Positions 12,027 to 25,016 of a stretch of 64,000 nucleotides of DNA are shown piece by piece; position 1 is the first letter of the stretch; each line of letters begins with the position of its first letter. A model generated the notes under the pieces. It searched no databases, was not told the origin of the DNA, and saw only the letters and a list, made by a program, of their open reading frames with translations. The DNA comes from Squalus acanthias (lineage: Eukaryota): NCBI GenBank assembly GCA_030390025.1, contig CM059430.1, forward strand, positions 112,716,001-112,780,000, in the 5' to 3' direction. Position numbers and translations under genes: made by a program.

Positions 12027-13176
12027 TTTTTTTTAAATTCATTCATGGGATGTGGGCGTCGCTGGCAATGCCAGCATTTATTCCCCATCCATAACTGCTC
12101 TAAAAAGGTGGTGGTGAGCCGCCTTCTTGAACCACTGCAGCCTGTGAGGTGAAGGTACTCCCAACAGTGCTGTTAGGGAGGGAATTCCAAGATTTTGACC
12201 CAACGGCGATATATATCCAAGTCAGGATGGTGTGTGACTTGGAGGGGAACTTGGAGGTGGTGGCGTTCCCACGCGCCTGTTGACCTTGTCTTTCTAGGTG
12301 GTAGAGGACACGGGTTTGGGAGGTGCTGTTGAAGAAGCCTTAGCGAGTTGCTGCAATGCATCTAGTAGATGGTACACACTGCCAATGTTCCTCCTAATTT
12401 TTTTTTGGGTGCGCGGTCACTTTAAGGGACTGCGCAGTCCATTCAATATATCGCGCATGCACAAAATATCCCATCGAAAAGCCGGTGATCGGCCTGCGCG
12501 GGACCGCCCGACAGCTGCGTGGTTACACAGCTTAACTGGAACATTGCACACTGCAGCTACTGTGAGTTGGTGGAGGAGGGAGTGTTTAAGTTGGTAGATG
12601 GGGTGCCAATCAAGCGGGCTGCTTTGTCTTGAATGGTGGAGCTTCTTGAGTGTTGTTGGAGCTGCACTCATCCAAGCAAGTGGAGAGTATTCCATCACAC
12701 TTCTGACTTGTGCCTTGTAGACAGTGGAAAGGTTTAGGGGAGTCAGGGAGGTGAGACACTCGCTGCAGAATACCCAGCCTCTGACCTATTGTAGCCACAG
12801 TATTTACGTGGCTGGTCCAGTTAAGTTTTCCCACTTCTGACCTTATGAGGAGGGAAGGTGATTGATGAAGGAGCTGAAGATGGTTGGGCCCAAGACACTG
12901 CCCTGTGGAACTCCTGCAGCGATGTCCTGGAGCAGAGATGATTGACCTCCAACAACCACCTTCCTTTGAGCTAGGTATGACTGCAGCCAGTGGACAGCTT
13001 TCTCCCCCGATTCCCATCGACTTCAGTTTTACTAGAGCTCCTTGATGTCACACTCGGTCAAATGCTGCCTTGATGTCAAGAGCAGTCACGCTCACCTCAA
13101 CTCTGGAATTCAGCTCTTTTGTCCATGTTTGGACTAAGGCTGTAATGAGGTCTGGAGCCGAGTGGTCCTGGCAGAA
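12027..13176 (-). mobile_element. Zenon/Jockey-like CR1-group LINE (family B), 3' part
   Basis: [40 protein letters not shown]; 3' end GACGCCCACATCCCATGAA(A)n. Confidence 0.85.
12383..12546. mobile_element. hAT-type MITE (164 bp)
   Basis: TIR CAATGTTCC/GGAACATTG; perfect 8-bp TSD CACACTGC at 12375-12382 and 12547-12554. Confidence 0.9.
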
Positions 13177-13689
13177 TAAATAAAGCATTGTTAAAATTCT
13201 ATCTAGTATACTGTGTGCAGATCCCAACAGCTAATCATAGAAATGGTATTACTGCTCTCGAGATGGTACAGATGTGAGTAATAAACATGATTTCCTTGGG
13301 AAACCTTTATTAAAAATCCAAAGCCCTGAAACCTGACCTTGAATGTAATTCAGGAGGGAGGGAGGGTTTTGTTCATCAGCAGTGGGAAAACCCAATTAAA
13401 TTAAGTACTTAGCAGTTATTTTAAATAATACTGATATCCCCAGTCACTTTAAAAAAAATCCTCCTCCCATCAGGGAGGGGGAAGGGACAGCAGTGGCATC
13501 TGGTGGGGTGTGGGGGGGAGCAGGAATTATTTAACAGGGTATCCACAGTAGTCACCTGGGAAAATCTGTATTATTTAACACACTCAGCTGTGGTTTCTCC
13601 AATTAAAAAACTTCCTTAAGTTTGGCTGGTAGAATTGAGGGTGCGGGAATCATCAAGTCCTGTGCCTTCGCTGTGTATGTAGGAATTCT

Positions 13690-13958
13690 CAATGTAAAAG
13701 ATCCACAGCACTATTCAAAGAAGAGCAGGGGAGTTCTCCCGGTGTTTTGGGCCAACATTTATACCTCAACCAACACCTGAAACAGATGATCTCGCCATTC
13801 ATTTTATTGCTGTTTGTGGGAGCTTGCTGTGCGCAAATTGGTTGCCATGTTACCTATATTACAACAGTGGCTGCACTTCAAAAGTACTTAATTGGCTGTA
13901 AAACACTTTGGGACGTCATGCAGTCATGAAAGGCGCTATACAAATTTCTTTCTTTCTT
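13690..13958 (+). mobile_element. Deu-core SINE, 5'-truncated
   Basis: Matches 3' half of 4439-4890. Confidence 0.8.
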
Positions 13959-15284
13959 TGGGAAACACTCAAGAAACACTGCCTCCTGATAGGATCAGAT
14001 CTCCACCTGACCTGAGCATCAACACCTTCCCTCTTTCCCACTGCCTCCTGCCACCTCTCAACACTCCCATCTCTTCCACACCGAGCATTTATGTTTTTCC
14101 ATCCACTATTAACCCACATCAGTGGTATCCCAGAACCCGCTCCCAGTACTCCAACCCCATGCTCCCATATCTCACCTCTGCCATCCTATGTGCTGGCATA
14201 CTATGTTTGACCTCACATCGCTACCACACCCTAGGATTCACCCCCATAGTGCTACCAACACCTCTCTTCCATTCCCATCAGATTAGGGTACCTCCTTCTC
14301 AAAGCTCCTAAACATCATAATTTTAAAACACCTCCCAGTGCCCTTGAATCCTGAAAACCCCTTTTGGGTTCTCCTTTGCAAGTCCACCACTACTGCTCCC
14401 ATACTCCATGACCCTGATCCCCAAACCTCAGGAGCAGTATCCCAACACCCAAAACCTCGCCCCTATAGCCCTCTACAGCTGTATCCAGTTCAGAAAAGCT
14501 ATCTCTCATCAACGTGCAACTTGGTACATCTTCTCTACCATCTTCTTCTGTATCCTGGGTTTTCTAAAAAAAAAGTAGTGATAAAACTTTACTTACTTAA
14601 CGCTGTGCAAAGTCACTGATTTACAGTTTCCCTGTAAATATTCACAAACTTAGAATTCAAGCCTGAAAATAACTAAATTTCCAAAACAGTAATAAAAACA
14701 ATTTGCCCTATTTATGCACATATCAGTGTCCCTGATAATACATTCTGCATTAGATAACACAAAACATATTTCAACTCATCACAAGCAATGCTGTGGGAGA
14801 TCTGTTACCATGTAAAATATGCGCCACATTGATACATTTCTGTTAATCAGTATTACAATGCACTTCATAATCTATAGATCAACAATTTAAAATATGCACC
14901 TCTGATCACTGCAGTAGAGGGTAAAAATTAATCTCAATACTTTAGCACTTTTAATAAAAACCAACATACACCAGCATTTAAACATGCACTGCAGCCAAGT
15001 GTTATTTACCATCAATCTGCATGCAGTCTTTGCATTATGTACAGGTACAAAGTATCTGCAGCTATTCCAACTACAATTAAGTACCCCGATGACCAAGACA
15101 ATAAAATTAATGTGCAGAAGTGAAAAAGCTATCTTGAAGCCTTTACGCAGGAAATTACTTCACAGATAACTTTTTATATTCTGTCATACAAAAGTTCCGA
15201 ACTGTGTCCTTTTCCAAGATTGCACAAAATATCTAATTTTATAAAAACGCTTTCATAATATATTCACAATAATTTGATCACATC

Positions 15285-17517
15285 TACATTAGATTTACTG
15301 GGAAAATAACTGAGTTGAATGTGCACGCCATTATGAGTATGTAAATCATCCAGCAATTTGTGGCGACAAAGATACCCTGCACCCCAGACAGCAAAGACTA
15401 CGGGCCCCGACGACATCCCGGCTGCAGTGCTGAAGACCTGTGCTCCAGAACTATCTGCACCTTTAGCCAAGCTCGTCCAGTAAAGCTACAACACTGGCAT
15501 CTACCATATAAAGTGGAACATTGCCCAGGTATGTCCTGTCCACAAAAAGCAGAATAAATTCAATCCAGCCAATGAATGAATACCCAATCAGGCTACTCTC
15601 AAATCATCAACAAAGTTATGGAATGTGGCGTCAACAGTACTATCAAGCGGCACTTACGCACCAATACCCTGCTCAGTTTGGGTTCCACCAAGATCACTCA
15701 GCTCCAGACCTCATTAAAGCCTTGGTCTAAACATGGACAAAAGAGCTCAGTGCCAGAGGGAAGGTGAGAATGACTGCCCTAGTCATCAAGGCAGCACTTG
15801 ACCAAATGTGGCACCAAAGAGTCAATGAGGATCAGCGGGTAAACTGTCCACTGGCTGGAGTCATGCCTAGCACAAAGGAAGATAGTTGTGGTTGTTGGAG
15901 GCCAATCATCACAGCCCCAGGACATCACTGCAGGAGTTCCTCAGGGCAGTGTCCTCGGCCCAACCATCTTCAGCTGCTTCATCAATGACTTTCCCCTCCA
16001 GCATAAAAGGCAGAAGTGGGGACGGTCACTGATGATTACAGTGTTCAGATCCATTCACAATTCCTCAGATAATGAAGCAGTCCGTGCCCACAAGTGGCAA
16101 GACCTGGACAACATCCATGCTTGGGCTGATATAAGAGGCAAGTAACATTCACGCCACACAAGTGCCAGGCAATGACCATCTCCAACAAGAAAGTCTAACT
16201 ACTGCCCCTTGACATTCAATGGAATTACCATCGTCCACTACCCCACCATCAACATCCTGGGGGGTCACCATTGACCAGAAACTTAAATGGACTAACCACA
16301 TAAATACTGTAGCTACAAGAGCAGGTCAGAGGCTGGGTATTCTGCAGTGAGTGGCTCCACAAAGCCTTTCCACCACCTACAAGGCACAAGTCAGGAGTGT
16401 GATGGAATACTCTCCACTTGCCTGGATGAGTGCAGCTCCAACAACACTCAAGAAGCTCGACACCATCTAGGACAAAGCAGCCCGCTTGATTGGCACCCCA
16501 TCCACCACCTTAAACATTCACTCCCTCCACCACCGGTGTACCGTGGCTGCAGTGTCTACCATCTACAAGATCCACTGCAGCAATTCCCCAAGGCTTCTTC
16601 GACAGCACCTCTCAAACCCACGACCTCTACCACCTAGAAGGACATGGGCAGTAGGTGTATGGGAACACCACCACCTCTAAGTCACACACCATCCTGACTT
16701 GGACATATATCATCATTCCTTCATTGTCGCTGGGTCAAAATCCTGGAACTCCCTACTTAACAGCACTGTGGGAGTACATTCACCACACTGACTGCAGCGG
16801 TTAAAGATGATGGCTCACCACCACCTTCGCAAGGGCAACAAGGGATGGGCAACAAATGCTGGCTTTGCCAGCAACGCCCACATCCCATGAATTAATAAAA
16901 TATTTTTTAAAGTTGCAAATCACCACAAATTGCTGGACGATTTGTGCCGCTCGCCATGGCGACAATGGCAGTTCACCATTCAAACGCCCCGTGAGTTACA
17001 AAAAAATTGTTGCATTTCTCATTAATTACCAATTAAACTAATCGCAGAAAGTTAGGGCTGGTTCTCAACAGCAAAGGACCCTATTAATGATGAAATTTAT
17101 GTTCCTGCAATACCACGCAACCTCTCCGGCCCAGAAAGGGAACAGTTGAAATTGTGGAGTCTCATTTCTGCAAGTAGTAAATTGTTCTTAGAGATTTAAA
17201 ACTTTAAATTTTTTTCCTTTGTCTCTTTTTCGCTCTCTCAATCCATTTCTCTTTCTGTACCCGATTTGACCCAATTCACCTTATTTCCTTCTCCGTTGTT
17301 CCGGTTTCTTTCTCGATCCTTAAATTTAATTGGTGAAGGAGAGAGACTGTTGATCCCATCGTTCACCAAGGTCCCAGATACCCCACTGACCTCACCACAT
17401 TATCAGTTTGCACTTCCACCAATTTGAGGCGCAAAAAAAATTGAGCTAAAGGGCGAGGGACAAGGTCTAACTAATGGAGCATGCCACGAGATGCCCCGCT
17501 CCAGCAAATTCTGGGCC
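15285..17517. mobile_element. Harbinger-like MITE split by LINE insertion (parts ~15285-15386 and ~16905-17517)
   Basis: Right TIR CAGCAAATTCTGGGCC; left part (AAAATAACTGAG...GTAAATCA) and internal segments resemble the 30775-31502 MITE. Confidence 0.55.
15387..16900 (+). mobile_element. Family B Zenon-like LINE, 5'-truncated
   Basis: GPDDIP...[43 protein letters not shown]; same 3' terminus as 12027. Confidence 0.85.
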
Positions 17518-17784
17518 ATAATATTTATCTACTGCTATGCATTGCTTTGTTTTGTTGGTATATTTGGAGAAGGCTAATGTACAACCTAGAAAAAAATAGA
17601 ACCCAAACCCCAGCACTCTCAGCTCACTAAACATTTATAATCCAAGTACTTCATTAAAGGGCAGTTGCTGCAAGCAACTCATAAATAATTCAGATTAACA
17701 GCTGGCAGAAGAAAGCTCTGAAGCTTAGCATTAAACTTCAACATTAAGATTCAACAGTAACCTATTCCACCTGCAGTCACATGC

Positions 17785-18080
17785 AGATATGCATACATTA
17801 ACTTTAAAACCTTTAGTTGTTTGAAGGCATTTGCTCATCTACATGACGTATTACGATATTTGAGAAACTGCTGCTCCATTCAGGTTAGCAATTAAACATA
17901 AAAAAGGTATTTTCGAAATATGCGCAATTTGCTTTAGAACAAATGCACCAGTGTAGTGTTACGGAAAACAATGGTAGCAATAGAAGGTGGAAAAACCATT
18001 GTGGCCTTGATTATAGAAGGTTAAGCAAGAGATCCAATTGTTTTCAAAAGGAGGCAGAACTGTAAAAAAAACCCTATCCA
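17785..18080 (+). repeat. Copy 1 of ~300-bp diverged direct repeat
   Basis: Collinear with 19257-19550 (CAGATATGCATACATTAA...GAAGGCATTTGCT...TGCTGCTCCATTCAG). Confidence 0.8.
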
Positions 18081-19256
18081 CTGTCAATTTAACTCATGGC
18101 AAAATGTAGAGCAGCACAAACTTTAGACCCCCAATTATTAGGCATCAAATACCTAATGAGAAAATGAGTATATTGAGAGATAAATTCTTTAATACATAAT
18201 AAAGACATGGCATCAATTTTTTAAAAATTGCAACTCACAAAGCTACTTTACCATTTATGTTCTCAAAATCATCAATCAACTATCAAATATTTTAATATAC
18301 TGGCATAGTAGTTTAATGACTGGTCGTCCAATATGCAGTAATCCGCGCTATGAGATGTGCATGCTCCATGTGGTTCTGACCTTTCATCAGAAGGCAGTGC
18401 CAAGTACAAGAATGCTACTTTCCAGGGTAGAGAAAGGGGGCAGATGGGGTGAGGAATTTTAGAGAGCGCATAACAGGCCACTTTCACTCATTTCCGAGCA
18501 GACGCGTTAAAAATCAGTATTAAGAGCGATCTGGGAGTATGAACGTTTTCTTGGCCTGGGAAGGATACATAATCCAGAGGGACCACGAAAGGGAATACGA
18601 AGACTTTTCCAAGACGACACAAAAAATGATTATGCAGAAAATGTTACCAATAATTTACTTAGCAACTCAAGTTAACTCCTGCCACCATTTTGACGTCCTT
18701 ATGCATTGCTTGACTTCCATTTTCCTCATAATTCCAATATATCTCCTTGGTCCTCATGTTACAATTTTATACTTTTGTCCTTGTTCAAAGTAAATGTCTT
18801 GCTTCTATCCTTTGCGACACCTCTTCATTATTTCTTTGTCCAAATCCTACAAAATGCAGCATCAAAATTTATCAGAAGCTTGTGTCACGGAATAAATTGA
18901 TTCATGCCCCAAGGAATTACAATTCATTAAGATTTCATCAGACCTCAACTTTTAAGCAGCTCCAACAACCATCCATCCTGTACATGGTTCACAAACTGCC
19001 AGTGTCAAATTTATTTTAACTACGTACATACTGTGAGTCAATTTTAACCATAAAAATTGATGTTTAGAAACTTGCATATCGTTAATAACATTTTATCCGA
19101 ATAGCAGAAAAATGCTGCTTTAGGTGCTTTTTAAAAGAAAAAGCAAAACTGAATCAACAGATCCTACCTCTGAACTACATATAGTCTTTTAGTTACTGCA
19201 CTACAGTCCATACCTTGTAAAAAAAATTCATGACATGAGCAGTGACATGCCAAAAA

Positions 19257-19550
19257 TCAGATATGCATACATTAATTTTAAAACCTCTAGTTTTTTGAAG
19301 GCATTTGCTAATCTACATGGAGTATTACAATATTTATGAGAAATTGCTGCTCCATTCAGTTAGCAAATTGAACATAAAAAAGGCATTTTAGAAATGTCCA
19401 TAATTTGCATCAGAATAAATGCTCCAGTGCTATAATTGTGGGAGAAGGTAGGAAACCATCTTGCCTTGAGCAGAATAGGCTATGTATACACACTGGAATT
19501 TCAACTGTTTTCAACAGGAGACAATACTCCAATAAACCATATCCATCACC
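19257..19550 (+). repeat. Copy 2 of ~300-bp diverged direct repeat
   Basis: See 17785-18080. Confidence 0.8.
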
Positions 19551-19889
19551 AAGCCAGTTAGACAGAAGAAAGTGGTAAGAATCAGAATTCATCCATCAAC
19601 ACAAGGGATGTCAGTGCTGCGAATGAAACCTATTTCTACGCTTTCATACTGTATCACAACCAAGCAATCCCAAGTCAACTTTTGCAAGCACAAGAATAAA
19701 AACTTCACTGCTGTTCCAGCGATGTGTCTTATCCCTTCACCAGCTTAGTCTTGCTTACTATTTCTTAGTCTTCCCTTTTGTTTTGTTATCCAAATTGTGA
19801 GCAATAATAGCCATTAGAACTACTATGTAGCTAAACAACTTGCATACGAAAAAAAAAATCCCTGTTTTATCCTTTTTTATCAAAAGCTA

Positions 19890-20782
19890 GGTGGCAGTGT
19901 CAGATGTGAAAAGGCTTCAAGAGGATCTCGACAGGCTCAGTGAGTGGGCGAGAACATGGCAGATGGAATATAATGTGGATAAATGTGAAGTTATCCACTT
20001 TGGTAGAAAAAACAGAAAGGCAGAGTATTTCCTAAATGGTGAAAGATTGAGGAATGCAGATGCTCAAAGGGACCTGGGTGTCCTTGTACATGAGTCACTG
20101 AAAGTGAGTGTGCAGGTGCAGCAAGCCATTAGGAAGGCAAATGGTATGCTGGCCCTCATTACAAGAGGATTTGAGTACAGGAGTAAAGAAGTCCTACTCC
20201 AATTATATAGGGCCTTGGTGAGACCACACCTGGAGTACTGTGTACAATTTTGGTCTCCTTACCTAAGGAAGGATATACTTGCCATAGAGGGAGTGCAACG
20301 AAGGTTCATGAGATTGATTCCTGGGATGGCAGGACTGTCGTATGAGAAGAGATTGGGTAAACTAGGCCTGTATTCTCTTGAATTCAGAAGAATGAGAGGG
20401 GATCTCATTGAAGCATACAAAATTATTACAGGGCTTGATAGGGTGGATGCTGGGAGAATGTTTCCCTTGGCTGGGGAGTCTAGAACCAGGGGCCACAGCC
20501 TCAAGATAAAGGGTAGGCCATTCAGGACTGAGATGAGAAGAAATTTATTCACACAGAGGGTGGTGAATTTTTGGAATTCTCTACCCCAGAGGGCTGTGGA
20601 GGCTCAATCATTGGGTATATTCAAAACAGAAGTCGATAGATTTCTGACTAGTAAGGGCATCAAGGGATATGGCGATAGGGCCGGTGAATGGAGTTGAGGC
20701 AGAAGATCAGCAATGATCTCATTGAATGGCGGAGCAGGCCCGAGGGGCAGAATTGCCTACTCCTGCTCCTATTTCTTATGTT
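19890..20782 (+). mobile_element. CR1 LINE 3' fragment (open 268-aa ORF2 C-terminus plus 3' UTR)
   Basis: LQEDLDRL, QRDLGV, VRPHLEYC, RRMRGDLI, RTRGH; 3' UTR ending CCTATTTCTTATGTT. Confidence 0.95.
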
Positions 20783-21994
20783 ATCAGTCGAACTATTTTT
20801 GGTGCCGAAGTGCCAGCAGTTCTATCACTTATCAAGCTGCAAAAGAAAGTCTTTCAAATATCAAGCCATATCATGTTGTTCAAAAGATACTACAAAGCAA
20901 GTTGAAGTACTGCTTATGTGCATTATCTAGAGCCAATATACTTGCTTTTCATTCTTTTTCCTCTCTGCATTCTATTTTCACATAATTACCCAACTTCAGT
21001 CCATTGTTTGCACAGGACAGCACATCACATCTAAAAAGGTCATTAATAAAAGAGGTTTTTAGAACGAGCTTTTGCTAATACACAGGTGTTTTTACAACAG
21101 TTAGACTCTCAAAAACATAAATTTACTGCAACTGAAAGATCTGATTTTCATTCCCCATCAGTGAACAACTGTGTGTATCCAACTTATCGAGATCTGAACA
21201 CAGCTGTCATATCCCATCACCACTGATTCAGCAGAGCACCCAAGTCATGCTTTATATCAAAGCAGCCAGCACTTTTTCCTCCCTTTGGCATTTTCTTTTT
21301 CCTATTTTAAAACTACAGTCCAAATGAATACATTTCAGAGCTGTAAAATTTTTGAGTGCTAGAGCTGCTAGAGGCAAGGCTCAAGTCATTTACATTTTGT
21401 TTAAGTGTCAATGCTGACTGACAGCAAATAACCATCAAAAATGCAAAGGCTGTAAATGCAAGAGGCTTATCAATATAAAGTCAAGGCAATAATCATATTA
21501 ATTCAGCTCAGCAGTGTCTTTACTGTACTTGTCACTTATTTTGATGTGAATCAAGGTACATCATATTTTTAGTATGCCGATCTCCATATCCCCACTTCAA
21601 CTGCAGTGCAGCCATTTAGAGAAAAGTACTGAAAAATCAGGAATAGCTTGCGTTAATATCTAGGATTAAATGGATTTCCACATGATCACAGAAAAGGGGC
21701 AATGAATATAAAGGGGTGGTGGGGGAGGGATTTCCTGTGCTCTATATATGAAATCATAAATCTGTTTGCAAAGAATGAGTTCACAATTTTGTTGCATCTA
21801 GTACAAAGAGGATATTTTACTTTGATGAAAAAAATATAATCTTACTGAAATTTTAAAAAGCTCATGGCAGTACTTGAATTTATACTATGCAGATCACGTC
21901 AGGAAAGATAATTGAAAATCCTGCAAATAGTTCCAGGGTATTTAATAGATGTGAAAAATTTACCCTAGAAAACAACAGCAATTACACTTTAAAC

Positions 21995-22070
21995 ATAATT
22001 CAATGGTTGCGAAGTGCTTTGGGATATCCTAAGGACACGAAAGGCACTATATAAATGCAAGTTCTTTTTT
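21995..22070 (+). mobile_element. SINE/L2 3' tail fragment
   Basis: GAAGTGCTTTGGGATATCC...GAAAGGCACTATATAAATGCAAGTTC(T)n. Confidence 0.6.
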
Positions 22071-22969
22071 TAGCACCAAAAAAGTGCTTTTGGAAATAGC
22101 AGAAATCTGTAAAATGTCACTCATCACATGCAACGTAAGATAAACGTCAAACATCTGGTTTTCTAAATGGGGGAAAGACAGTGCCAACGCTTTCCATACT
22201 TTGCAGCTTGTGTCACTTGCCAATCATCTATACCACGAGTTAGGTGTATTACACAGCTGTGTGCTTCCTTAATGATGTACCTTAACCGAACTCTGGAAAT
22301 GCATGCTTTTATTCAATTGCAACTAGGCTACAAACTGAAAATATCTTCCAAGATACTCTGAGGCATATTATGCCATGTTTTTTGAGCCATTCAGCTTCTC
22401 GGTTTCTGGTACAATAAAACCATGACTTAATCGCATTATTACTGTATCGCTACCATCTTGTTTTTCTCCCCAAACAGTATTCTAATACCAGAAATTGATG
22501 CAAATGTTTCGATGTGAAGGATTACCCAAGGTTACCCACCACCCCCCCCACACCACCTCCTATTGCATGACTCTATTTTAGATATTTGTAATTTTGTTTG
22601 GATGGTATTCAGGTTGTTCTATAATTTATGCAGCTACCAATGCAATCATTTGGTTTAAAAACAAAGTGCATTATCCACAGAAAACAATAATTGTATTTTT
22701 TCATTAAAAATTTAATATTTCCCCACGTACTTACTCACTCAATATTTTATCCATGCAAAAAAAATGCCAGTAGCTTCAGGATCTGCAGTTTGTTGACTAT
22801 GAAAGTACTGCACTGGGGAAAAACTTCAGTACACTAGTTGCCTGAATTAATTATGCCTTTGTTATGCCAAACATTCCTGCAGCAGAGGTGGATACAAGCT
22901 TACTGAATTTGAAGCTCAGCTCAGGATAATACACCACCTTGGTACTGTCAGGTTCAATATGAATAAGCA

Positions 22970-24270
22970 TTTTTTTTTATTCGTTCCTGGGATGTGGGCA
23001 TCGCAGGCAAAGCCCAGCTTTAATTGCCCTCGAGAAGGTAGTGATGAGCCGCCTTCTTGAACCGCTGCAGACCCTGTGGTGAAGGTACTTCCATAGGGCT
23101 GTTAGGGAGGGAGTTCCAGGACTTTGACCCAGCGATGATGAAGGATCGGCGATATACTTCTAAGTCAGGATGGTGTGTGACTTGGAGGGGAACTTGGAGG
23201 TGATGGTCTTCCCATGAGTCAGCTGCCCTTGTCCTTCGAGGTGGTAGAGGTCGCGGGTTTGGGAGGTGCTGTCGAAGAAGCCTTTGGGAATTGCTGCACT
23301 GCATCTTGCCGTGGTGGAGGGAGTGAATGTTTAAGGTGGTGGATGGAGTGACAATCAAGCGGGCTGCTTTATCCTGGACGGTGTTGAGTGTTGTTGGAGC
23401 TGCACTCATCCAGGCAAGTGGAGAGTATTCCATCACACTCCTGACTTGTGCCTTGTAGATAGTGAAAAGGCTTTGGGGAGTCAGGAGGGGAGACACTCGC
23501 TGTAGAATACCCAGCCTCTGACCTGCTCTTGTAGCCACAGTATTTATGTAGCTGGTCCGGTTAAGTTTCTGGTCAATGATGACCCCCCCAGTATGTTGAT
23601 ATGGGGGGAGGGGGGGGGGGAAAGGGGAAGAGATTCGGCGATGGTAATGCCGTTGAATGTCAAGGGGCAGTGGTTAGACTCTCGCTTGTTGGAGATAGTC
23701 ATTGCCGTACAAGCCTGAATGGCGCGAATGTTACTTGCCACTTATCAGCCCAAGCCTGAATGTCGTCCAGGTCTTGCCACTTGCGGGCATGGAGTGCTTC
23801 GTTATCTGAGGAGCTGCGAATGGAACTAAACACTGTGCAATCATCAGTGAATATCCCCACTTCGGACCTTATGATGGAGAGAAAGTCAAAGATGAAGCAG
23901 CTGAAGATGGCTGAGCCTAGGACACTGCCCTGAGGAACTCCTGCAGCGATGTCCTGGGGTTGTGATGATTGGCCTCCAACAACCACAACCATCTTCCATT
24001 GCGCTAGGTATGACTCCAGCCAGACTTCAATTTTACTCGGGCTCCTTGATGCCACACTCGGTCAAATGCTACCTTGATGTCGAGGCCAGTCACTCTCACC
24101 TCAACTCTGGAATTCAGCTCTTGCGTCCATGTTTGGACTAAGGTTGTCATGAGGTCTGGAGCCGACTGGTCTTGGCGGAACCCAAGCTGAGCATCGGTGA
24201 GCAAGTTATTGGTAAGTGCCGCTTGATAGCACTGTCAATGACACCTTCCATCACTTTGCTGATGATTGAT
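22970..24270 (-). mobile_element. Family B Zenon-like LINE, 3' part
   Basis: ORFs 24004-24204, 23699-24055 and 23020-23538 carry [34 protein letters not shown]. Confidence 0.85.
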
Positions 24271-24847
24271 TACTGGCGCATCAGTCTACTCTCAATGTTT
24301 CCTCCAATTGTTTTTGTATTGAGCGGGCTACGAACTCCTTTGAGCGCCACCTTTTTGTCCGTGGGCAAATTTTACAACAACAACTTTTACAACAGCAACG
24401 ACTTAAAAGCATATATACAGTAATGCCATATTATCACCCCACTGTCTCAAATCATGAGACAATCAGACAAACTCTTAAACATCATGAAATCAGTTGCTCT
24501 TTTTTGATTTATAAACATTAGTGGCTTTATTTAACCTCGAACAGATCACAGCTCTTACAAAAACTATATTACACGTGTCTTGTGTTAGAATTTGCTTTGT
24601 GTTAGCCTGTCAGGTGTCCCATCAAAGTTAATCAGAACATCTCGGGGTCATTGTCCGATTAGGATATGCTAATATTGGAGATTAGTCGGGACAATGGGTG
24701 AGTAGGAAGAAGCCGGCTTCTGCCCATGAGGTATTAATAGCAGATTGACCAGAACAGTGGAAGCAATTATGCATTCTGGGCATCATGTGATATGACTCAC
24801 CTGAAAGTCGAACACCTACGAACGCCAAGCTTGATTACCTTGGGTCT

Positions 24848-25015
24848 ACCTCTCTCTTCTCCTTTAACCACCTCCTGAAAACCCACCTCTTTGACCAAGC
24901 CTTTGATCACCCAATCCTAATATCCCCTTCTTTGGCTCTGCGAACATTTGCACCTGCTCACTCCTCTGTGAGGTGCCTTGGGGAGTTTTTCCACGTTAAT
25001 GATGCGATACAAATA
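24848..25015 (+). mobile_element. L2 LINE 3' end
   Basis: CTCCTGAAAACCCACCTCTTTGACCAAGCCTTTG (LLKTHLF) plus L2-type tail. Confidence 0.7.
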
Positions 25016-25016
25016 T

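Noticed and set aside
19168-19213. Possible 46-nt minus-strand exon (MDCSAVTKRLYVVQ)
   Set aside because: Acceptor (AAG) and donor (GTAGGA) are only moderate and no homology is recognised; compatible with chance.
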